Assembly: GCA_965219085.1 (NCBI GenBank)
Contig: OZ244720.1
Span: 2,464,001 to 2,528,000 of the forward strand
Source of the DNA: Dehalococcoidia bacterium
Lineage (GTDB): Bacteria > Chloroflexota > Dehalococcoidia > UBA2979
Length of the DNA: 64,000 bases
Direction: 5' to 3'
How positions within the stretch are numbered: the first letter of the stretch is position 1; each line of letters starts with the position of its first letter. Below are positions 8,023 through 17,764 of this stretch, one piece after another. Position numbers and translations under genes: made by a program. A model generated the notes under the pieces. The model made no database searches. It was not told where the DNA came from and saw only the letters and a list, made by a program, of their open reading frames with translations.

Positions 8023-9122
8023 CCCTCGATGGCGATCCAGGGCCCCGTCGCCGCCGCGTCGAGCGCGGCTGCGTCGAGCGCGACGCCGAGACCGGGGTGA
8101 GCGGGCACGGGCAACACACCCCCGATCGGTCGCGGCGGCTCGGCGACGATGTCGGCGGCGAGGTGGTCTGCAGTCCCCAGGCCGTGCGCCGCATCGGGCA
8201 GCGCGTCGAAGGCCGGGATTGCAGCGGCGAGGTGGAGCGCCGCTGCCACGCCGATGCCGGCGTCGAACGTCGTCGTGACGATGCACGGGACGCCTCGCTC
8301 CGCGGCCTCGCGGGCGAGGGCGAGCGCGGGCCGGATGCCACCGAGCCGCATCGGCTTGAGCACCAGCGCCCCGACCGCGCCTGCGGCGAGCAGGCGGCGG
8401 CCATCCTCGATCGAGGTGACGCCCTCGTCCGCCGCGATGCGAGTCGAGGACTCCCGGTGGATCCGCGCCAGCGCCTTGTCGGCGCCGACGGGGACCGGCT
8501 GCTCGACGAGTTCGACATCGCAGGCGGCGAGCCGCGCGAGCGTGGCGGCGGCGGTCGGCTCATCCCAGCCGCCGTTGGCGTCCAGGCGCAGGCGAGCCTC
8601 GGGCAGCGCTTCGCGGACGGCCTGCACGCGGCGCACGTCGTCGTCGGGGGGCCTGGCGGCGACCTTGAGCTTGAACGTGCGGAAGCCCGCCGCCCACGCC
8701 TCGCGCACCTGCGCGAGCGCCAGCTCCGGCGGCCCGTCACTGATGACCGCGTTGGCCGCCACGGTCGCGCGAGGGTGCTCCGTGAGCAGCGCTGCCACGG
8801 ATAGGCCGCGCTGCTTCCCTTCCAGGTCGAGCTGCGCCACGTCGAGCGCGCAGCGCAGCGCGGCGACGCCGAGGCCGCCGAGGTCGTCCGGGATGCCGCC
8901 GAGGAGGTCGCGCGCGTGCACCTCAAGCAGCCGCAGCACGTCGTCCGCGTCGCCCTCGCCGAACTCGGGGAGCGGCGAGGCTTCGCCGACCCCTCGCAGG
9001 CCCGAGCCGTCGATGAGTTCGACGACGACGCCGGCGCGGTACGCGATCGCAGCGCGTGCGGTCTGCATCGGCGCGCGCATCGGGAGGCGGAACGGGCGGT
9101 AGCGGACGCCGACGAGGGTCAC
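8019..9122 (-). CDS. menC: o-succinylbenzoate synthase (enolase superfamily)
   Basis: GEASPLPEF, FKLKV, RLDANGGW, VEQP, AADE, VLKP, HGLGT; in men cluster; start approximate. Confidence 0.88.
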   Translation of the reverse strand: MTLVGVRYRPFRLPMRAPMQTARAAIAYRAGVVVELIDGSGLRGVGEASPLPEFGEGDADDVLRLLEVHARDLLGGIPDDLGGLGVAALRCALDVAQLDLEGKQRGLSVAALLTEHPRATVAANAVISDGPPELALAQVREAWAAGFRTFKLKVAARPPDDDVRRVQAVREALPEARLRLDANGGWDEPTAAATLARLAACDVELVEQPVPVGADKALARIHRESSTRIAADEGVTSIEDGRRLLAAGAVGALVLKPMRLGGIRPALALAREAAERGVPCIVTTTFDAGIGVAAALHLAAAIPAFDALPDAAHGLGTADHLAADIVAEPPRPIGGVLPVPAHPGLGVALDAAALDAAATGPWIAIEG

Positions 9123-9136
9123 GACGACCGTCCCGC

Positions 9137-10051
9137 TTAGACGGCGAGGCCGACGGCGAGCAGCACGCCGAGCACGAGGTGCAGGCGCGCCGTCGCGCGC
9201 AGCGCCGCGTTGAGCGTCGGGCCGTCGGTGCTGGTCATGACCGCGCGCACGGGCGAAACGGCGAGGGGGATGCTCAGCCACGCGAGCAGCGTCCACGCGC
9301 CGAAGCCGTCGATTGGCGCGAGCGCGGCGGCGGTGAGGTACGCGGCCGCCACGGTCGCGACGAAGAGCCAGCGCGCGGGCTGGCGGCCGACGATCACGGC
9401 GAGCGTGCGCTTGCCCGCGGCCTCGTCGGTCTCGATGTCGCGGATGTTGTTGACCATGAGGATCGCCGTGACCGTGCAGCCGACCGGCACCGCGGCGGCA
9501 ACGGCCGCGGCCGTGATCGCCTCGGCCTGCACGTAGTACGTGCCGACCACCGCGACGAGGCCGAAGAAGATGAACACGAAGACGTCGCCGAGGCCGTGGT
9601 AGCCGAACGGCCACGGTCCACCCGTGTAGGCGAGCGCGGCCAGCATCGAGGCGACACCCGCGGCGACCACCGGCCAGCCGGCCACCGCGACGAGGTAGAG
9701 CCCCGCCAGCGTCGCGATGCCGAACGCGACCACCAGGCCGCCGATGACCTGTCGTTCGCTGAGGATCCCGAGCTGCGTGACGCGCGGCGGGCCGATGCGG
9801 TCGGCGGTGTCCGCCCCTCGGCGGAAGTCCGAGACGTCGTTGGCGAGGTTCGCACCGACCTGGATGGCGAGCGCGCCGAGCATGGCGGCGGCCGCCGGGC
9901 CGGCCTGAGCCTCGCCCGCGTGGAGGGCCACGGCCGTGCCGACCACGACGGGCGTGGCGGCGGCGGTGAGCGTCGGCGGGCGGGCGGCCAGCACCCACGC
10001 GCCGAGCCGCGAGGGGCGGCCGTCGGCGTCCGGCTGCGAGGCCTCCTGCAT
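9137..10051 (-). CDS. menA: 1,4-dihydroxy-2-naphthoate polyprenyltransferase
   Basis: AARPPTL, NLANDVSDFRRGAD, YTGGP.PFGY.GLGD, NNIRDIETD..AGKRTLAV. Confidence 0.95.
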   Translation of the reverse strand: MQEASQPDADGRPSRLGAWVLAARPPTLTAAATPVVVGTAVALHAGEAQAGPAAAAMLGALAIQVGANLANDVSDFRRGADTADRIGPPRVTQLGILSERQVIGGLVVAFGIATLAGLYLVAVAGWPVVAAGVASMLAALAYTGGPWPFGYHGLGDVFVFIFFGLVAVVGTYYVQAEAITAAAVAAAVPVGCTVTAILMVNNIRDIETDEAAGKRTLAVIVGRQPARWLFVATVAAAYLTAAALAPIDGFGAWTLLAWLSIPLAVSPVRAVMTSTDGPTLNAALRATARLHLVLGVLLAVGLAV

Positions 10052-10074
10052 CGCGTCGTCCTCGATGGGCGCGC

Positions 10075-10911
10075 TCAGGGCAGGCGCGGGAACTGCGAGA
10101 AGTCCGGTGAGCGCTTCTCGAGGAAGGCGTTGCGGCCCTCCTTGCCCTCGTCGGTGCGGTAGAACAGCGAGGTCGCGTCGCCGGCGAGTTGCTGGAGGCC
10201 GGCGATGCCGTCGGTGTCCGCGAGGAACCCCATCTTCATGAAGCGGAGCGCGGTCGGGCTATGGACGAGGATCTCGCGCGCCCACTGCACGCCCTCGGCC
10301 TCGAGGTCGTCGGCGGGGACGACGGCGTTGACGAGCCCCATCTCCATGGCCTCCTGCGCGCTGTACTGGCGGCACAGGTACCAGATCTCGCGCGCCTTCT
10401 TGTGGCCGACGATGCGCGCGAGCTGCGCCGCGCCGAGGCCCGCGTCGAACGAGCCGACGCGCGGGCCGACCTGGCCCAGGCGTGCCGTGTCCGAAGCGAT
10501 GGAGAGGTCGCAGACGACGTGCAGGACGTGCCCGCCGCCGATCGCGTAGCCGTTGACGAGGGCGATCACCGGCTTCGGCATCGAGCGAATGTAGCGCTGC
10601 AGCGGCAGCACGTTGAGCGTGGGGACGCCGTCATCGCCGATGTAGCCGCCCTCGCCGCGCACGCGCTGGTCGCCGCCGGTGCAGAACGCGCGCTGCCCCG
10701 AGCCGGTCAGCAGCACGACGCCGATGTCGGCGTCCATGTGCGCGTCCTCGAACGCCCACTGCATCTGGTCGAGGGTCTGCGGGCGGAAGGCGTTGAGCAC
10801 CTCGGGCCGGTTCATCGTGATCTTCGCGATGCCCTCGGCCTTGTGGTAGAAGATGTCGCTGTGGTCGCCCACCTGGGTCCACTCGATTGCTTCACTCGCC
10901 GTCGTCGTCAT
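10075..10911 (-). CDS. menB: 1,4-dihydroxy-2-naphthoyl-CoA synthase
   Basis: [49 protein letters not shown]. Confidence 0.96.
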   Translation of the reverse strand: MTTTASEAIEWTQVGDHSDIFYHKAEGIAKITMNRPEVLNAFRPQTLDQMQWAFEDAHMDADIGVVLLTGSGQRAFCTGGDQRVRGEGGYIGDDGVPTLNVLPLQRYIRSMPKPVIALVNGYAIGGGHVLHVVCDLSIASDTARLGQVGPRVGSFDAGLGAAQLARIVGHKKAREIWYLCRQYSAQEAMEMGLVNAVVPADDLEAEGVQWAREILVHSPTALRFMKMGFLADTDGIAGLQQLAGDATSLFYRTDEGKEGRNAFLEKRSPDFSQFPRLP

Positions 10912-10937
10912 GGTCGTCCCCAATCCGTCGTCGTCTG

Positions 10938-11780
10938 TCAGGCGTCGGCGCCGACGCGTGCACCCGGATAGGCGCGCCGCAGGAACTCGAGCAGCGGGCG
11001 TTGGAACGCCTCGGGACGCTCGAGGTGCGCGGCGTGCCCGGCGCCCTCGATCGCATGCATCGTAGCGTCCGGCATCGTGCGCGCCATATCCCGCGCGATT
11101 TCCGCGTACTTCGTGTCGAGCGCGCCCGCGATCAACAGCGTGGGGACGGTGATGCCGACGATGCGATCCAGCAGCGGATCCTGCGCGCCCGCGCCCATGC
11201 CGCGCAGCGAGTTCGCGAGCCCCGTCGCCGTGTTCGCGGTGCGCGTCGCGCGGATCGCCGCGCGCGTCCCGGCCTGGAGCGAAAGCTGCGAGGCGAACAG
11301 CGGGACGCGCTCCCACGTGTCGACGAACGCCTCCACGCCGTCGCGCTCGATGCGCTCGGCCATCGCCTCGTCGTTGCGGACGCGTGCCGCGCGCTCATCG
11401 TCGCCGGCGATGCCGGGCGAGGCGCCTTCGAGGATGAGCGCCTCGACGGCCTCGGGGTGGTCCGTGACGAGCTGGAGCGCCGTGCGACCGCCCAGCGAGT
11501 AGCCGAGCCAGGCGGCGCGCTCGTGCCCGAGCCGTCGCACCAGCGCGACGAGGTCGGCGGCGGCGCGCGGCATCCGGTAGCGCTCGACGTCTTCGGGGGC
11601 GTCGGATCGGCCGTGGCCGATGAGGTCGGGCGCGATCACGGTGTAGTCGGCGGCGAGGGCGGCCGTGAGGCCGGCCCAGGTGTCGGCGGAGCCGGTGAAG
11701 CCGTGCACCAGCACGAGCGGCGGGCCCGATCCGGCGACCTCGGCGTGCAGTTCCAGCCCGTCGACGTCGAAGCGCGGCAT
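10938..11780 (-). CDS. menH: SHCHC synthase (alpha/beta hydrolase)
   Basis: [35 protein letters not shown]; TGATG overlap with menD. Confidence 0.9.
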   Translation of the reverse strand: MPRFDVDGLELHAEVAGSGPPLVLVHGFTGSADTWAGLTAALAADYTVIAPDLIGHGRSDAPEDVERYRMPRAAADLVALVRRLGHERAAWLGYSLGGRTALQLVTDHPEAVEALILEGASPGIAGDDERAARVRNDEAMAERIERDGVEAFVDTWERVPLFASQLSLQAGTRAAIRATRTANTATGLANSLRGMGAGAQDPLLDRIVGITVPTLLIAGALDTKYAEIARDMARTMPDATMHAIEGAGHAAHLERPEAFQRPLLEFLRRAYPGARVGADA

Positions 11781-13693
11781 CAGCCCTGCCGGGCGCTGGC
11801 CGGGGCCGGCGAGGTGGATTCCGCCGCGGCGTCGCGCAGCGCCGAGTCGACGCGCGCCCACGCCTCGCGGTGCAGCGCCACATTGCGCTCGCGGTCCGTG
11901 CGCAACTCGACGACGGTCAGGCCGGGCATGCTCGCGGCGCCTCGCAGTGCCGGCAGCCACTCGGTCGGCTCCGGCCGTACGAGGCGCCCGCCGAACGTGC
12001 CGATGGCGCCGGAGAAGTCGAGCCCATGCGGCGTGCCGAACCACTCCTCGAACTCCGCGGAGGCGAGATCGGCCTGCGGGAGGAAGTGGAAGATGCCGCC
12101 GCCGTCGTTGTTGACCAGCGCCACGAGGAGCGAGAGGTGGTGGCGGCGCAACGCCCACAGCCCGTTGAGGTCGTGCAGGAAGGAGAGGTCGCCGACCAGC
12201 GCGGCAACGGGACCCATGCCCGCCGCCGCGGCCCCGACGGCCGTCGACACGACGCCGTCGATACCCGACGCGCCGCGTGTGCCGAGATAGCGCAGCGCGC
12301 GCCCCTGGGACGGCAAGAAGGAGTCGGCGTCGCGGATGATCATCGAGTTGCCGAGGATGACGGTGGTGACGTCCCGGATCGCGCTCGCGAGCGCGACGGG
12401 CGCGTAGCCCTCGAACGGCTCGGACTGCTCGCGCAGCATCTCGTCGAGGGCCGCCCGCGCGGTGTGACTCGCGTTCGTCCAGAACTGCAGCCAGCCCGGG
12501 TCGGCGTGGTACGGCGCGCCGACCCGCGCGGGATCGTTGGCCGCGCCCGTGAACGCCGAGGGTCGGCGCGCGCCCAGCGCGTCGACCGCGGCGTCGCAGA
12601 GCGCGTGCGGCTCGGCGCGCAGCATCAGCGAGGCGACGGCGTCGGGGTCGCGCCAGCCGCCGGCCACGTCGACAACGAGTTGCGGCACGCCCCGCAGCGA
12701 GGCGAGGAACTGGCCGAGCACCTTCGAGGTCGGCGCGGCGCCGAAGCGCACGACCACCTCGGGCGCGGCCTGCGCGGCGAAGCGGGGCGAGCGCAGCAGC
12801 GCGTCGTACGTGTCGATCACGCGCACCATGCTGTGGCGGCCGGCGCGCACGCCGGAGAGCGGGTCGGCGAGGATCGGCCAGTCGAGCGTGCGCGCGAGGT
12901 TGTCGATCGCCTCGGCCGGCAGCCCCTCGGAATCGGGCCCGCAGACGATGATCCCGCGGCGGCCGAGGACCAGCTCGACGAGGCGCGCCGCGGCGGGGCG
13001 CGCGTGTTCGTGGGGGCGGCCGACCTTCGGGGTCAGCACCGGCGCGTACGGCCGCCTCGGCGACGGCCGCGCGTGTGGCGTGATCGGGTTGGGCGCCACG
13101 TCCAGATGCGCGGTCGCGGCGCCCTCGTCGAGCGCCTGCTGCCAACCCGCCTCGATCAGCGGCTCGCGGAGCGGCACGTTGACATGCACCGGCCCGGCGG
13201 GCGCCTCGGCGGCCGTCACCACGGCGCGCGCGGCGATGCCGCGAGCGTAGCCTTCGAGCGCGGTGCTGCCGTCGGTGGTCGGCAGCTCGACGGCCCAGCG
13301 CGCGTGGCTGCCGAAGAGCCCCGTCTGGTCGATGGTCTGGTTCGCGCCGATGTCGCGCAGCTCGGGCGGCCGGTCGGCGGTGAGCGCGACGAGGGGGATC
13401 CGCGACAGTGACGCCTCGACGATGGACGGCAGGAGGTTCGCGGCTGCCGTGCCGGACGAGGTCACGATCGCGACCGGCTCGTTGAGCTGCCGCGCGAGGC
13501 CGAGCGCGAAGTAGCCCGCGGCACGCTCGTCGAGGTGCAGCCACGTCCGGATCGAGGCGTGGCGATCGAGCGCCAGCGTGAGCGGCGTCGAGCGCGAGCC
13601 GGGCGCGATCACGGCGTGGTGCACGCCGCCGCGCGCGAGCTGCGCGATGAACGCGCCGATGTAGCGGTAGAGCGCGCTGGTGTCGCTGGTCAC
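11780..13693 (-). CDS. menD: SEPHCHC synthase
   Basis: PGSRSTPL, DERAAGYFALG, SGTAAAN, TADRP, GASGIDG, GDLSFLHD, NNDGGGIF. Confidence 0.95.
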   Translation of the reverse strand: MTSDTSALYRYIGAFIAQLARGGVHHAVIAPGSRSTPLTLALDRHASIRTWLHLDERAAGYFALGLARQLNEPVAIVTSSGTAAANLLPSIVEASLSRIPLVALTADRPPELRDIGANQTIDQTGLFGSHARWAVELPTTDGSTALEGYARGIAARAVVTAAEAPAGPVHVNVPLREPLIEAGWQQALDEGAATAHLDVAPNPITPHARPSPRRPYAPVLTPKVGRPHEHARPAAARLVELVLGRRGIIVCGPDSEGLPAEAIDNLARTLDWPILADPLSGVRAGRHSMVRVIDTYDALLRSPRFAAQAAPEVVVRFGAAPTSKVLGQFLASLRGVPQLVVDVAGGWRDPDAVASLMLRAEPHALCDAAVDALGARRPSAFTGAANDPARVGAPYHADPGWLQFWTNASHTARAALDEMLREQSEPFEGYAPVALASAIRDVTTVILGNSMIIRDADSFLPSQGRALRYLGTRGASGIDGVVSTAVGAAAAGMGPVAALVGDLSFLHDLNGLWALRRHHLSLLVALVNNDGGGIFHFLPQADLASAEFEEWFGTPHGLDFSGAIGTFGGRLVRPEPTEWLPALRGAASMPGLTVVELRTDRERNVALHREAWARVDSALRDAAAESTSPAPASARQG

Positions 13694-15054
13694 AGCTGGC
13701 CTCCGCCGAGGGCGGTGGTGAGCGGGCGGAACTTCAGCTCGATCTCGGCCAGCTCGGCCTCCGGGTCTGAGTCGCCCATGATGCCCGCGCCTGCGAACAG
13801 CCACGCCCTCGCACCGCGCACGAGCGCCGACCGCAGCCCGACCGCGAACTCGCCGTCGCCGGCCGCGTCGATCCACCCGACGGGTCCGGCGTACCAGCCG
13901 CGGTCGAAGCGCTCGTAGCGGCCGATGACGGAGCGAGCGGTGGGGGTCGGCCAGCCGCAGACGGCGGGCGTCGGATGCAACCGCTCGACCACGTCGAGCA
14001 CGTCGATACCCGGCCGCGCGTCGGCGGTCACCTCGGTTGCGAGGTGCTGGATGTTGCTCAGGCGGCGCAGGACGGGCTGGTTGGGGGCGTGCAGGCCACT
14101 GCCGAGGTCGGCGAGGCCTTCACGCAGCGCGCGCACGACGATGGTGTGCTCGATGCGGTCCTTCACGCTGTTCAGGAGCGCGTCGCCCAGCTCCTCGTCC
14201 TCCTCGGGCGTCTGGCCGCGGCGGATGGAGCCCGCGAGGCCGAGCGTGGTGATGCGCCCGTCGCGGAGCCCGGCGAGCTGCTCGGGGCTGGCCCCCAGGA
14301 AGATGCCGTCGCCGGCGCGGTAGCTGAAGAGGTGGCAGTTCGAGTAGCCCTCGCGCAGGCGGGCGAGCGCGACACCCGGCTCGATGGGGCGCTCCGCCTC
14401 GAGCTCGCGCGTCGCGGCGAGCACGGCCTTTTCGTAGGCGCCCGATCGGATGTCGGTCGCGACGCTGGCGACGCCGCTCAGCAGGGCGGGGCGGTTCACG
14501 TCCCAGAGCACCCGCAGCGAGGTCGTGTCGGCGTCCGGATCGGCGCGGTCGGCCGGATCGCGTGCCGCGAGGTCGGCGAGCACGCTGTAGAGCTCCTCGC
14601 GGTCGATGTCGGGGGCGATCACGACGCCGCAGACGCCGCCCTCGCGGACGAACAGCAGGCGAGGCAGGAGCAGCCAGCCCGCGTCGAAGCCCGTCCACGG
14701 CGCGCCGCTCGGCGCTGCGTCGTCGAACGCGAACCCGCCGAGCAGCCGCGGTCGCAGCGCCTGCCGATTCGAGCCGTCCCACGCGCCGAGAAGCTGCCGC
14801 GCGGGCTCGCGGAGCGCGGTCGCGCCACGCCCCGCGGGCGCCATGATGCGCTCCGCGACGCCGATCCCGGCGAGCACGAAGTCCTGGTCGGGGCGCTCGT
14901 AGTACGCGCTCACCATCGACGCCGTCGCGCCGCTGAGCAGCACGCGCGGGTCGAACCGCTCCGGCAGCTCGACGACGTGGAAGCGGCCCATCGAGGCTGT
15001 CTCGCGCTCGAATCCCGGCCGAGGTGCGCCGTGGGGATCGCGTGGCCGGGTCAT
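13690..15054 (-). CDS. menF: Isochorismate synthase
   Basis: KAVLA, GASPEQL, LAGSIRRG, KDRIEH, IQHLAT, LHPTPAVCG, RGWYAGPVG, FAGAGI; start 15054 or 14991. Confidence 0.9.
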   Translation of the reverse strand: MTRPRDPHGAPRPGFERETASMGRFHVVELPERFDPRVLLSGATASMVSAYYERPDQDFVLAGIGVAERIMAPAGRGATALREPARQLLGAWDGSNRQALRPRLLGGFAFDDAAPSGAPWTGFDAGWLLLPRLLFVREGGVCGVVIAPDIDREELYSVLADLAARDPADRADPDADTTSLRVLWDVNRPALLSGVASVATDIRSGAYEKAVLAATRELEAERPIEPGVALARLREGYSNCHLFSYRAGDGIFLGASPEQLAGLRDGRITTLGLAGSIRRGQTPEEDEELGDALLNSVKDRIEHTIVVRALREGLADLGSGLHAPNQPVLRRLSNIQHLATEVTADARPGIDVLDVVERLHPTPAVCGWPTPTARSVIGRYERFDRGWYAGPVGWIDAAGDGEFAVGLRSALVRGARAWLFAGAGIMGDSDPEAELAEIELKFRPLTTALGGGQL

Positions 15055-15237
15055 GGCGCCCTCGGCCCGCGGCGACTCGCTGCGCGACGTGATGACGCGT
15101 CGGGCCGAGCCCCTCGAGGCGCGCTGCGAGCCATCGTCCGTTCCCATTCCTGTCACGGCCCCAGTATAGGTCGGTGCGGGATTATCAGCCGCGCGTACCG
15201 GGGGCATCGAAGGCGCTCGCGGTGGCATACTGCCGGG

Positions 15238-15519
15238 GTGTTGGACCGCCAAATCCTGCTGATGACCGTGGTGCTCTCGCTCCTGGCGGGCGTGATTGCA
15301 TTCGTGTCGAGTGGGGGCGACTGGCTGACGGTCGTGATCTCGATGCCGCTGTTCGTGACCGCGAGTTTCTGGTCGCTGCAGCTCTCCCGCTGGATCTCGC
15401 GCAAGATCGTCGGCGAGCCCGAGCCCGTGCTACCGCCGACGCCGACTGAGGCGACGACCGCGCGACCCGAGCACGTGCAGCGCAGGCGCCGCCGCCGCAG
15501 GCAGCGCGGCCGGCGCTGA
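15238..15519 (+). CDS. Small 2-TM membrane protein with Pro-rich linker and poly-Arg tail
   Basis: 3' part of ORF 13975..15519; two hydrophobic helices; fills the gap between menF and the serine hydrolase gene. Confidence 0.6.
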   Translation: MLDRQILLMTVVLSLLAGVIAFVSSGGDWLTVVISMPLFVTASFWSLQLSRWISRKIVGEPEPVLPPTPTEATTARPEHVQRRRRRRRQRGRR

Positions 15520-15525
15520 CGACCA

Positions 15526-16647
15526 TCAACCGCCTCGATCGGCCTCGTCGCAGGCGGCGACGAGCGCGAGCGCCACGTCGGCGTAGCGCATCTGCAACTC
15601 GAGCGGGCCGTGCAGGCCGTTGGTGAGGTAGGCGACGGCGAGCCCTCGCGCCGGGTCGGCGTAGCCGATCGCGCACTGCTGGCCGGTGTGGCCGAAGACG
15701 CCGCGCTCGTTGTACGGCTCCATCACCCCGCCCACGAGGAATCCGAGGCCGTACGACGCGGGCAGCATGAACGTGCGGTCGAAGCCCGCGCGCCACTGCA
15801 CCGTCGTCGCCTCTGTGGCCGTCGCGGGGCTCAGCAGGCGCGGGCGGTCCGAGTCGTCTCGCGGGCTCCGGGCGTGGAGCAGCGCGTCGTAGAACCGCGC
15901 GAGTGCCTCGGCGGTCCCGATGGCGTTCGCCGCAGGCATCTGGCCCCGTAGCGTCGAGGCGAGGCGGAACCGCCGCACGATGTCCGAGGTGCGCCGCTCG
16001 CTCCCCGTGGGGTCGAGCATGGTGATCTCCGACATCGCCTCGACCGGGACGACGTCCGGGAGCCTCGCCTCCTCGACGCCGAGCGAGGCGTCCATGCCGA
16101 GCGGCTCGAAGACCTCGTCGCGCAGGAAGTCGCGCGGTGCGCGGCCGTCGGCGCGGCGGATGACCTCACCGAGCGCGAAGCCGTAGGTCACCGGGTGGTA
16201 GCCGGTGTCCGTGCCCGGCTCCCACTCGGCCTCGATCGCCGCGGTCACGGCGCAGACTGCCTCCCAGTCGTCGATGTGCTCCCAGTCGTACTCGCGTGGG
16301 AAGACGGGGAAGCCGCCGCGGTGGGTGAGCACGTGGCGGACGGTGCATGGCGCCTTCCCGCCCGCGCCGAACTCGGGCCACAGCTCCGCGATCGGGCGGT
16401 CGAGGTCGAGGACGCCACGCTCGGCGAGGATGAGCACGGCCACGGCGGCGAGGGGCTTCGTGGCGGAGAACCACAGCAGCCGGGACTGCAGCTCGGATGC
16501 CGTGCCGATGCGCAGGTCTACTTGCAACTCACCGTCGCGGTACACGGCGAGCTGCGCGCCGGAGTGCAGTCCGAGGTCGAGGTGACGCCGCGCGGCGGCC
16601 TCGACGCTCGCGCGCCCAGCGGGCGTGAGGCCGCGCGAGGTGGTCAC
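15526..16647 (-). CDS. Serine hydrolase (beta-lactamase-related family VIII esterase)
   Basis: FSATK (SxxK), LTHRGG, YHP.TYG, PLGM, FGHTG. Confidence 0.88.
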   Translation of the reverse strand: MTTSRGLTPAGRASVEAAARRHLDLGLHSGAQLAVYRDGELQVDLRIGTASELQSRLLWFSATKPLAAVAVLILAERGVLDLDRPIAELWPEFGAGGKAPCTVRHVLTHRGGFPVFPREYDWEHIDDWEAVCAVTAAIEAEWEPGTDTGYHPVTYGFALGEVIRRADGRAPRDFLRDEVFEPLGMDASLGVEEARLPDVVPVEAMSEITMLDPTGSERRTSDIVRRFRLASTLRGQMPAANAIGTAEALARFYDALLHARSPRDDSDRPRLLSPATATEATTVQWRAGFDRTFMLPASYGLGFLVGGVMEPYNERGVFGHTGQQCAIGYADPARGLAVAYLTNGLHGPLELQMRYADVALALVAACDEADRGG

Positions 16648-16650
16648 GGC

Positions 16651-17637
16651 TCAGTCGGCGATGTGGAGGACGATCTTGCCGAAGTTCGCGTTGCTCTCCA
16701 TGTAGCGATGCGCCTCCGCCACCTCCTCGAGCGGGTAGACGCGGTCGACCACGGAGACGAGGCGGCCGGAGGCGAAGTGGTCGAGGTGGCGGCGCGCAAA
16801 GATCTGCGTGAGCGCCGCCTTCTCCTCGAGTGGCCGGGCGCGGAGCACGGTGCCGTGCACGCGCAGGCGCTTGCCCATGAGCAGGCCGAGGTTCGTCTCG
16901 AGCCTGCCGCCGCCCATCGTCCCGACGAGCACGAGGCGGCCGCGCACGGCGAGCGAGGCGAGGTTGCGCTCCCAGTAGGGCGCGCCGATGACATCGAGGA
17001 TCACGTTGACGCCCGCGCCACCCGTGTCTTCGGCGATGACCTCGGCGAAGTCGCTCTCGTGGTAGTTCACGCCGACGTCGAGGCCGAGGTCGGCGGCGCG
17101 CGCGAGCTTCTCCTCGCTGCCGGCGGTGCCGTAGACGCGGCACCCGGAGACCGAGGCGAGTTGCGTCGCGGCCGTGCCGACGCCCGAGCCGGCGGCGTGC
17201 ACGAGCATGGACTCGCCGGGCAGTAGCTCGCAGTGCTGGAAGAGGGCGTCGAAGGCCGTCAGGTACACCTCGGGGATGGCCGCGGCCTCGTCGAAGCTGA
17301 GGCCCTCCGGTATCGCCATCACCTGTCGTTCGTGGACGGTGACCTTCGAGGCGTAACCGGCGCCGCCGAGCAGCGCCATCACGCGGTCGCCGACCTGCCA
17401 TGCGGTGACGCGGTCGCCGATGGCCTCGACGACGCCGGCCATCTCGAGGCCGGGCACGTCGCCGCGGATGCCGGGCGGGGCCGGGTAGCCGCCGCGGCGC
17501 TGCATGAGGTCGGCGCGGTTGAGCGCGCTGGCGTGCACGGCGACGAGGATCTCCTCGGGGCCGGGCTCCGGGTCGGGGAGCTCACGAATCTCGAAGACAT
17601 CGGGATCGCCGGGCTCGCTGATGACGGCCGCTCGCAT
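16651..17637 (-). CDS. NAD(P)H-quinone oxidoreductase, PIG3 family
   Basis: LNRADLMQRRGGY, GLEMAG, HAAGSGVGTAA, EAHRYMESN..FGKIVL. Confidence 0.92.
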   Translation of the reverse strand: MRAAVISEPGDPDVFEIRELPDPEPGPEEILVAVHASALNRADLMQRRGGYPAPPGIRGDVPGLEMAGVVEAIGDRVTAWQVGDRVMALLGGAGYASKVTVHERQVMAIPEGLSFDEAAAIPEVYLTAFDALFQHCELLPGESMLVHAAGSGVGTAATQLASVSGCRVYGTAGSEEKLARAADLGLDVGVNYHESDFAEVIAEDTGGAGVNVILDVIGAPYWERNLASLAVRGRLVLVGTMGGGRLETNLGLLMGKRLRVHGTVLRARPLEEKAALTQIFARRHLDHFASGRLVSVVDRVYPLEEVAEAHRYMESNANFGKIVLHIAD

Positions 17638-17764
17638 GCCTCGATCCTTTCGTGATCGCATGAGTCGTCGCGACCGCGGGATGCTAGCACGGCGCGCAGT
17701 GGGCAGCGTGCTACGCTCGATCCGCCGCACGGGGCACGGCGCAGCGCTGGAGAGGGAACGCACG

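Noticed and set aside
8019-13876. Apparent N-terminal fusions of menC, menB, menH and menD in the ORF track
   Set aside because: Extensions overlap upstream genes off-frame; true starts sit at or near the stop/start junctions
15526-16647. Beta-lactam resistance gene
   Set aside because: No signal peptide; features fit a cytosolic family VIII esterase
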